Of a stretch of 41,624 bases of DNA, positions 10,517 to 19,057 are shown piece by piece. The stretch spans positions 373,623 through 415,246 of the forward strand of contig NW_005201277.1 in assembly GCF_000372725.1 (NCBI RefSeq), written 5' to 3'. This stretch comes from Emiliania huxleyi CCMP1516. Lineage: Eukaryota. A program made the translations under genes and the position numbers. Each line of letters opens with the position of its first letter. Within the stretch, counting starts at the first letter, position 1. The notes beneath the pieces are model-generated. The model was not told the DNA's origin. It saw only the letters and a list, made by a program, of their open reading frames with translations, and made no database searches.

Positions 10517-12667
10517 TTAGCGCTCGACGAGGCGTGAAGAGGGCAGCGCCAGGTCGAGCGAGTAGCCGGTGCGCGGCTCGGGATGCTCCTCCTCGAAGCC
10601 GTGCTGGACGGCGGCGAGGGCAATCGCGACGGAGCGCTGGAAGCGCGAGATCGTAACTTCGGTGTCTTGCATGGCGGCACAGCAGAGCTTGCGCTGGGAC
10701 TCGGAGAGGAGGTGCTGCTGCCCGTCTGCTCCTCGCTCAAGGGAGAGCCAGAGCTGCCACTGGTGCAGCTGAGAGCGGTGCACGACGCCCCACCTCGACG
10801 GATCCCGCGCGAGCGAGTCGCTGATCACGCGCGAGCAGTCGGCAAGCAGCGCCTGGTGATAATAGTCGGCCGTCGCATACGCCCACACCGTGTTGGACAG
10901 GTTCTGAGGGTTGAAGCCAGCCAGCTCGCCGCGCACCGCCACCTCCGCCACTGCCGCGTACAGCGCGTCCGCAGCCACGCCCGCCGTCGCATACGCCCAC
11001 ACCGTGTTGGACAGGTCCTGAGGGTTGAAGCCAGCCAGCCCGCCGCGCACCGCCGCCTCCGCCACCGCCGCGTACAGCGCGTCCGCAGCCACGCCCGCCG
11101 TCGCATACGCCCACACCGTGTTGGCCAGCTCCTGAGGCTTGAAGCCAGCCAGCCCGCCGCGCGCCGCTGCCTCCGCCACCGCCGCGTACAGCGCGTCCGC
11201 AGCCACGCCCGCCGTCGCATACGCCCACACCGTGTTGGCCAGGTTCTGAGGGTTGAAGCCAGCCAGCCCACCGCGCACCGCCGCCTCCGCCACCGCCGCG
11301 TACAGCGCGTCTGCAGCCACGCCCGCCGTCGCATACGCCCACACCGTGTTGGCCAGCTCCTGAGGCTTGAAGCTGGCCAGCCCGCCGCGCACCGCCGCCT
11401 CCGCCACCGCCGCGTACAGCGCGTCTGCAGCCACGCCCGCCGTCGCATACGCCCACACCGTGTTTGACAGGTTCTGAGGGTTGAAGCGAGCCAGCCCACC
11501 GCGCATCACCGCCTCCGCCACTGCCTCGTACAGCGCGTCTGCAGCCACGCCCGCCTTCGCATACGCCCACACCGTGTTGGCCAGCTCCTGAGGCTTGAAG
11601 CTGGCCAGCCCGCCGCGCACCGCCGCCTCCGCCACCGCCGCGTACAGCGCGTCTGCAGCCACGCCCGCCTTCGCATACGCCCACACTATGTTGGCCAGGT
11701 CCTGAGGCTTGAAGCCGGCCAGCCCGCCGCGCACCGCCGCCTCCGCCACCACCTCGTAGAGCGCGTCTGCAGCCACGCCCGCCGTCGCAAACGCCCACAC
11801 CGTGATGGCCAGCCCCTGAGGGTTGAAGTGATCCAGCCCGCCGCGCATCACCGCCTCCGCCACTGCCTCGTACAGCGCGTCTGCAGCCACGCCCGCCTTC
11901 GCATACGCCCACACTATGTTGGCCATGTCCTGAGGCGTAAAGCCAGCCAGCCCGCCGCGCACCGCCGCCTCCGCCACCGCCGCGTACAGCGCGTCTGCAG
12001 CCACGCCCGCCTTCGCATACGCCCACACTATGTTGGCCAGCTCCTGAGGCTTGAAGTCAGCCAGCCTGCCGCGCACCGCCGCCTCCGCCACCGCCTCGTA
12101 GAGCGCGTCTGCAGCCACGCCCGCCGTCGCATACGCCCACACCGTGTTGGCCAGCCCCTGCGGGTTGAAGCTGGCCAGCCCGCCGCGCACCGCCGCCTCC
12201 GCCACCGCCGCGTACAGCGCGTCTGCAGCTTCGCCCGCCGTCGCATACGCCCACACCGTGTTGGCCAGGTTCTGAGGCGTAAAGCCAGCCAGCCCGCCGC
12301 GCACCGCCGCCTCCGCCACCGCCGCGTAGAGCGGGCGCACCACCCTCGATCGCAGGCCCGTGCACTTGGCGACGCCGTGAGCTATATTCGCCAGTGCTCT
12401 TGCATTGCACGACAGGACGAGGTCGACCGTGCGCTGCACCAGCCGCTCCAGCTGCTCCTCCTGCCGACGCTCGATGCGCTGCTTGCCCAGTTTGTTCCAC
12501 AGGTTCGCAGCGTGGATGTGGTCTATGCTCGCGCTGTGGGCGGCAAAGAGCGCGAGCAGCTCGTCGGCGTCGCGGGCACGCGAGATGTGGGCGTTGAGCT
12601 GCGCGCCATTGAGCTGACCGCCGGCATTAGAGCTCTGTCTCTCGTCGCGCGATCCCCGCCCGCGCAT
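10517..12667 (-). CDS. OPR (38-aa helical repeat) protein with an incomplete C-terminal RAP domain, 716 aa ORF
   Basis: 13 repeats FxPQxLANTVWAYATAGVAADALYAAVAEAAVRGGLAG with 114-bp period. C-terminal SRFQRSV..AL....FEEEH.EP.TGYSLDLAL matches the start of a RAP domain, but the ORF stops before the expected EVDGPxH. Confidence 0.82.
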   Translation of the reverse strand: MRGRGSRDERQSSNAGGQLNGAQLNAHISRARDADELLALFAAHSASIDHIHAANLWNKLGKQRIERRQEEQLERLVQRTVDLVLSCNARALANIAHGVAKCTGLRSRVVRPLYAAVAEAAVRGGLAGFTPQNLANTVWAYATAGEAADALYAAVAEAAVRGGLASFNPQGLANTVWAYATAGVAADALYEAVAEAAVRGRLADFKPQELANIVWAYAKAGVAADALYAAVAEAAVRGGLAGFTPQDMANIVWAYAKAGVAADALYEAVAEAVMRGGLDHFNPQGLAITVWAFATAGVAADALYEVVAEAAVRGGLAGFKPQDLANIVWAYAKAGVAADALYAAVAEAAVRGGLASFKPQELANTVWAYAKAGVAADALYEAVAEAVMRGGLARFNPQNLSNTVWAYATAGVAADALYAAVAEAAVRGGLASFKPQELANTVWAYATAGVAADALYAAVAEAAVRGGLAGFNPQNLANTVWAYATAGVAADALYAAVAEAAARGGLAGFKPQELANTVWAYATAGVAADALYAAVAEAAVRGGLAGFNPQDLSNTVWAYATAGVAADALYAAVAEVAVRGELAGFNPQNLSNTVWAYATADYYHQALLADCSRVISDSLARDPSRWGVVHRSQLHQWQLWLSLERGADGQQHLLSESQRKLCCAAMQDTEVTISRFQRSVAIALAAVQHGFEEEHPEPRTGYSLDLALPSSRLVER

Positions 12668-13762
12668 TCGGTCTCTCTAAATTTGACCGGAGACATCAGT
12701 TTGAGGGGGGTGGGGCCCCCCCCGCGGGGGCAGCAGCCAGGCGCTGTTCACATAAACGCACAACCCCGTATCACTAGATCCGAGTAGAGGGGGCGAGCTC
12801 CGGCATGTGACCGGACGAGGTAGGTGGGATCCCAGCCACCCGCTCCTGCCATGGAATATGCCTCCAACCTCCGCCGTGCAGACACGATCCAGCAGTTTGG
12901 CTGCCACACCACCTCACCGAATAACTCCCCCCCCCCCCCCCNNNNNNNNNNNNNNNNNNNNNNNNNNNNNNNNNNNNNNNNNNNNNNNNNNNNNNNNNNN
13001 NNNNNNNNNNNNNNNNNNNNNNNNNNNNNNNNNNNNNNNNNCCCAGCTCCTCCTTGCGAACACGACATCCCCAACTCTCCCCCTCACGCCCCACTTTTGC
13101 CCCCTCTCCCCCTCACGCCCCACTTTTGCCCCCGCCCCCCCTTGCGCCCCCCACCCAACAACCACACCCAATCCCCACACATGTTCACATTTACATTCAG
13201 CGGCCCGCCCGTGCACTGACCACTGTGCACTGTGATATGAGGCTTCACTGTACAATTAATAACAGCTGTAAGGCTTCGGCCAACGAGGCTCCGGCCAACG
13301 ATATTATTACTGCTCCGCTCAGCGCCGCGCCCGCCCCGCCCTCGCCCTCCGCCCGCCCTTGCCTCCGCCCAGCCCTCCACCCAGCCCTCCGCCCTCCGCC
13401 CTCGCCCTCCGCCCTTGCCCTGGCCGGTCTGGCATCTCTTCATCTTCACGCGCCAAGTAGGAGGGAAGTGGAGACGGGGCCCTGAGCCGACCTAACCGCC
13501 AAACGGAATGGGGCGCCAAACACGTGCCGGACGATAACCGTGCCCCTTGCACGCCGGGCACGGCCTTTCGGTTCGTGAAGGGTCGGTGCGAGTCGTGACA
13601 CCCTGGCACAACCGTACTCTCCCGCACCATCTCCGTTGCTCGGTTTTTCAACCTTGCTCCGACTGGGAAGCGGCCAGGGATCACACGGGAGCCGCCTAAG
13701 CGACTCCTGCGAGGACGGCGAGGCACTTAGCTCCGTGCACCCGCCCGCCGCCCCCGCCACAG

Positions 13763-13938
13763 GCAAGCTCATTCAAGCATGGGCAACTGGGCGTCCGACC
13801 TGAGCATATCTCCCCATATCTCCCCATATCTCCCCATATCTCCCCATAGGTAACTGGGCGTCTGACCTGGCGCCGTCGTCAGGGCGGGAGGACCCCCGAC
13901 GCGATGCCAGCCGCCTCTCCCTCTCCAACTCGTGCCAG
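13763..13938 (+). other. Possible exon fragments of an unidentified gene with a satellite-filled GC-AG intron (13783-13849)
   Basis: Acceptor CCACAG at 13762, GC...ATAG intron containing (CCCCATATCT)n, downstream CAG|GCACG donor-like site. No product recognised. Confidence 0.3.
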
Positions 13939-14068
13939 GCACGACCTTCGTCGTCCAGCCGTTTGCGCAGCATGCCGTCTTCAGCGCGACGCACTTAGTC
14001 TCGGACGACTGCTTCCGCCCCTCCGCCGCGGGCCAGGAGCGGCTCCCCCTCCCCGCCCCCTCCCCTTA

Positions 14069-14483
14069 AGGCTCATTAAAAATATGGAATATATTGCTCC
14101 AATACTTAGAGGAGCGATCAATATCAATATATATTCCAATACTTAGAGGGGGATTGGCCTGGGCTGGTCAGGGGGGTCTCAATATATCAATATATCCAGC
14201 GGTGGGCGGTCGATCTCTAGCTTGCGGACGCCCTAAAACCGCTCAAAATGGGCCCAAACCGCTTCAAAATTGCTCGGGTCGCATCAAAATCGCTTCGAAC
14301 GCGCGAATCTTTCGATTTCAGCCACCATCTAGGCGATGTTTGGAAGAAATGTTGACATTTATGCTTTTTGAGGTTGAAAATCAGCGATCAATATGTCAAT
14401 ATATTGTCAATACTTAGAGGTGAGCTTGACAATACTCAATATCAATACTTAGAGGGGCGAGAATCAATCTTTTTAATGAGCCT
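14069..14483. mobile_element. 415-bp AT-rich MITE, 14-bp TIRs, TA flanks (Tc1/mariner-like)
   Basis: AGGCTCATTAAAAA (14069-14082) / TTTTTAATGAGCCT (14470-14483); TA at 14067-68 and 14484-85; four direct CAATACTTAGAGG repeats at 14100, 14137, 14408, 14443. Confidence 0.82.
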
Positions 14484-14519
14484 TACCTCCCCTCCCCCTC
14501 CTCTCCTCCTCCTCTCCTC

Positions 14520-14670
14520 CTCCTCGGCCCATCTCCCCATCTCGGCCCATTCGGCTCATCTCGGGTCCTCTCGGGTCCTCTCTCGGTTCATCTCGGCTCA
14601 TCTCTCGGCTCCTCTCGCCTCCTCTCGGCTCCTCTGACTCGGCTCATCTCGGCTCATCTCGGGTCCTCGG
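14520..14670. repeat. Degenerate CTCGGCTCAT-type decamer satellite
   Basis: Repeated CTCGG(C/G)TC(A/C)T units. Confidence 0.7.
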
Positions 14671-14759
14671 CTGACCTCCGACTGTACGGGGGTCCCTTGC
14701 CTACTTACGCGTACGCAGAGTTACTGAATAGAGAGTGTGTCTCGGTGTACACGTCGTTA

Positions 14760-14838
14760 GACGTGGAGACGCGAGGGTCGCCCCCCTTGCCCCACCACCC
14801 CGTGTGTGTGGAGAAGTTTACCGTACCTTACCTTTACC
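14760..14838 (+). repeat. Longest copy of the GACGTGGAGACGCGAGGG...GTGTGTGGAGAAGTTT(ACCTT)n dispersed element end
   Basis: Aligns by eye with 29218-29295 and with the tails at 8522 and 29737. Confidence 0.65.
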
Positions 14839-15390
14839 TGCACACGTACCGACGTACCACCCCGCGGCTTTGAGCTCTATCTAGTTCGAACGAACCCGCG
14901 GAACCCCAGCAGCTCGAGCGCGAGCCGCTCATACACACATCCCAATCCGTGCGGGGAAATTGAATGCTTCTTTCGCACGACACTGTGTTAGTGCCAGTGC
15001 GCGCCAGTCCCGTGCCCAGTGTCGTGCGAGCGAGTTGCGTCTACTTCTTTCGCACCCTGTTGTTCCGCTGCTGAGCCACAGGCACAGCCACAGTCAGACG
15101 GTGTGAACGGCGTCTGATCTGTGATCAGCGTCTTCCTACCCTTCACACAGCGTCTTCTTCTGTCCGGCAGCGTCTTCCTCTGTCCGACGGCGTATTCCTT
15201 ATCATCGAACTCTACATATACTCATACTGTGCTCCCATTCACATAAACGCACATTCACACACATATAGTGCGGTTCCTGGTCGGTCGCCCCCCCCCCCCC
15301 CTCTTCACAACAACCTGGTTCAGCTGCTAGCCCTGCTACACAGCTCTCCGACACAGTTGCGCCGATCGCCTCAGCCGCCGCCGGCCGCCG

Positions 15391-16561
15391 ATGGATTCGC
15401 CCTACTGCCCCTCGCATGCGCCCTTCTTCGGCTTCGTCGGCGCCGCCCTCGCGCTGATCTTCGGGAACATGGGGGCTGCGTGCGCCGCCGCCCCCGGCCC
15501 GGTCGCAGACAGCCTGTACGGCGAATGGCGATGTGTGACCGATCGGGCGCCGCCGCAGGTACGGGACGTGGAAGTCGGCCGTCGGCCTCGCCACCATCTC
15601 CAAACTGCCGCGCCACAAGGCGCGCCCGCCCGCCCTCTTGCCTTCCTAGCGCACGCGGCGCTGACGCAGAAGCGGAGCGCACAGCTGGCGGCCCCCCCCT
15701 CCGTCGCCGCCCCACCGCCGCCGTGCTGCGGGCCGCGCAGGTGCAAACCGAGATGGTGATGAAGTCCATCATGCCCGTCATCCTCTCTGGTGTCTGCGGT
15801 GCGCTCAGTCCCGCTGCCGCCCGCTGCTGCGCTCTCTGCCCGCCGCCGCACCATTCTCTGCCTGCGCCGCGTGCGCGCCGCGTGGTGTTGACGGCGTGAT
15901 CCGCCTCGCGCTCACCCACCGCCGCCGCCTCGCGCCAGGCATCTTTGGCCTCATCATCGCGGTGATCATCGCCACCAACATCACCACGCCAAAGGACGGC
16001 ACGTCCACCTACTCGCTCTTCTCCGGCTACGCCCACCTCGGCTCGGGGCTGACGGTCGGGCTGAGCAACCTGGCGACCGGCCTGGCCATGGGCATGGCGG
16101 GCGAGATTGGCGTGCAGGATTCCGCGCGGCAGCCCAAGCTCTACATTGGCATGGTGCGCCTCCTCGCAACGACCTCTCATGACGCTGCACCCATTGATAC
16201 TACGCCCTCACCGTCCGCTGCTCCGTCGCCGCCGCCGCCCTCGCCGCCGCCCTCGCCGCCGCCTTCACCGCCGCCTTCACCGCCCTCGCCCTCGCCGCCG
16301 CCTTCACCACCGCCGCCCTCGCTGAAGCCCTCGCCGCCGCCGCCCTCACCACCCCGCCCTCGCCCCCGCCGCGCCGCCCATTCGCCCCCGCCGCCCATTT
16401 GCCCATTGCGCCTGTGCTCTCAGGTGCTCATTTGGTCCTTTGGGTCCGCCCTCGGCCTCTACGGGCTGATCGTCGCGCTCATCATCGCCGTCAAGGACGG
16501 CAGCGCGATGTGCGGCTGCCTGCTCGGCGAGGATGGCCAGGTCACCTGCACCGACCTGTGA
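15391..16561 (+). CDS. V-type ATPase proteolipid subunit c-like protein (divergent); exons ~15391-15479, 15559-15619, 15741-15798, 15939-16153, 16424-16561
   Basis: Spliced product MDSPYCPSHAPFFGFVGAALALIFGNMGAAYGTWKS...MKSIMPVILSGVCGIFGLIIAVII...YSLFSGYAHLGSGLTVGLS.LA.G...ARQPKLYIGMVLIWSFGSALGLYGLIVALII matches the 4-TM 16-kDa proteolipid; GT/GC-AG boundaries keep frame. Confidence 0.88.
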
Positions 16562-16607
16562 GGCACCGCGGCTCGCGAGCTTAGTTATCATCAGCACAGG
16601 GCGACGG

Positions 16608-16642
<35 letters not shown>

Positions 16643-18190
16643 GCTGCGATACGCCCCCCCCCAGCCACGCCGAGGGCCGTCGCCTGCGGGGCGCCGCGCT
16701 CTCGGCATTGGGTCGGCCCCCTCGTCTGTGCATGGGCTGCGCCGGGCCGTTAGCACACCAGGGGCGCCAGCAGCCCGGGCACCTCGGTACATTTACTCTT
16801 GGCTTACGTGTGAGTCTTACGTTTACTCTTGCACATTGAAAGTAAAAGATCTTTACTTCCCACACCCGGACGTTCCCGCCAGCAGGACCAGGAGCACGCG
16901 CAGCAGCGAGCAGGGCCCAGGGCGGTGGTGATGGAAGGTTCTTGTACATTGAAAAAGAAAAACTGTTCAAGCAAAAAGGAATCGCTGGCGCTGCGTGTAA
17001 TTTTTTAGGAAATCCCCTGCCCGGCCCCGGGGAGCGGCAGGGGACAGGTCATGGCTCATGCAAAAGCCATAAATATATGCCATAAAACACGGGCCCTGAG
17101 CCTGACCGCGGTGTGACCGAAACGCGTACATCGGCACACATTGTCGGCCGATGCGCGGCTCGCCGCCCACACCCGACGCGGTCCCTAGGTGTTATATAGC
17201 ATAAAAACCGTTCGTGCAGGGCTCCTAGGCCATCACTAGGTCCACAGTGGACGGACACACAGCCTCAGCCGGCCCGCCGGCGGGCTCCCGACCGGAGCCT
17301 GTCCGGAAGGCACAAACGGACACTCTACCGACCTCTACACCCCTAGACAACCCACTCCGACTAGCATACGGTGTCGGCCCGACCGCCCTGCGGCCCCAGC
17401 TACCAGCTGGCGCCGCTCGGCCCGGCTGGAGGCGCCTGGGGCGTCCAAAATCGCGGAGCCGGCGACGTCCTCCGGCCAGCAGCTCCGGATCGGGCGTCCG
17501 ACCCGCCCCCTCGGCGACCCGAGATGGTCTCCCCGACCCCCGAGGCTTGGCGCACCGCGGGAGGGGGGCAGCCCAGCCACCCTGCACCGCCCAGGCCGCC
17601 TCTGCGAGCCCAGGCGCGCCGTCGAGAGTGCCGACGCGATGTCGACGATTTTGGCCTGCGAGACGGGGGCGAGGAGCGGTGGGATCCTGTTGAGGGTCCA
17701 TGTGGGCGCTCCACCCTCGCGCTCTGCGGCCATTCGGGGATTCTGGCCATTTGCGCGACCGGCAGCGCTTCTTCCGGACGCCCTGCCCGCCGAACTCGGT
17801 CGGGTCGGTCCTGCCTGCCTGGCACTCGCGACAGGTACCGTATCTAGGGAACAAGAAACGAAACGAGTCAGCGCTCTCCTCCTTCTCCTGCTTTCAGTAA
17901 ACAGGCGGGAATGAACAAAGACCACCTTCGTGCCCAATTACGCAAAAATACCCCCAAATTACCGATCGGCACTGCACGAATATCGCCCCCTCCGCGACAG
18001 GCGACTCACACTCGTTGGTGACGTGATAGCGAGCACCTTCAGGACCAGAAGGCAGGGGCGGGCAGCCGCCCTCCACCTCCGCCGCAGCAAAAGAAAACCA
18101 GCAGCTCAATGTGCCAAACCCAGTCGGCGTGCCGTCCTCCCATCCCTCCCTTGGGTTGTCTGTTTTCTTCCTTTCTTTCTTTTAGTCTGC

Positions 18191-18376
<186 letters not shown>

Positions 18377-18488
18377 AATATACTCACTCACACACCCAGT
18401 CTGCCACCTTAGAAAAAAGAAGGCGGCCGGTCCGTGGATGGATGGAGGCGTGCGCGTCTTCCCGTCACCCCAAGTCGGTCGGTGGCAG

Positions 18489-18566
18489 TCTGGCGGCATC
18501 GGATCGGTCGGACCGCAGCTTACCGCTCTGGCGGCATCGGATCGGTCGGACCGCAGCTTACCGCTC
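18489..18566. repeat. Perfect 38-bp tandem duplication (TCTGGCGGCATCGGATCGGTCGGACCGCAGCTTACCGC x2)
   Basis: Two adjacent identical units. Confidence 0.9.
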
Positions 18567-19057
18567 TTCTTCGTTTTTGAGCGGCCGCACGCACACTGCT
18601 GGTGAACCTTCTCTTCTGCAAGTGTTGGATTGCAAGCAGCCTCGCTCGCAATCCTAGAAGTCGAAGGATTGTGAGCGACACTCGCATAAATAATGGCTAG
18701 TTCCATTTCACTCCAACACGTGGCGGCGCGAGCGAGCCGAAGGCATCGTTGTGCCACCGAGTCGACGGCAGAGAGTCGTTTTTGAGTTGGGAAAGCGATT
18801 TGCGCGTTGGAGGGAACTTCGAGGGTGCCATTGATAGCTGCGTGCTTATGAGTTTATGTGAGCTGTGTGAGCTGTGAGTGGGCTTCTGGGCATTCTCAGG
18901 GTGAGAACCTGTGTATTTTCTCTCGCATCTCGGTGTTTTTGAGAGAAGATTATGAGACGAGACCCCCAGGCCCAAGACACCGAATCCGAAACGCGAAAGC
19001 AACACACGGATGCAAAGCATAAGAAACCTGCATGTGAGCTGTGCCAGCCACCCCAAA

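Noticed and set aside
10868..12283. True TAL effector or PPR protein
   Set aside because: Period is 38 aa with the PQxLANxxWAxA OPR signature, not the 33-35 aa TALE (LTPxQVVAIAS) or 35 aa PPR consensus; the TALE comparison is an analogy only.
16990..18100. Possible transposon remnant (also 40380-41624)
   Set aside because: Composition looks repeat-like, but I found no convincing TIR pair, TSD or coding motif.
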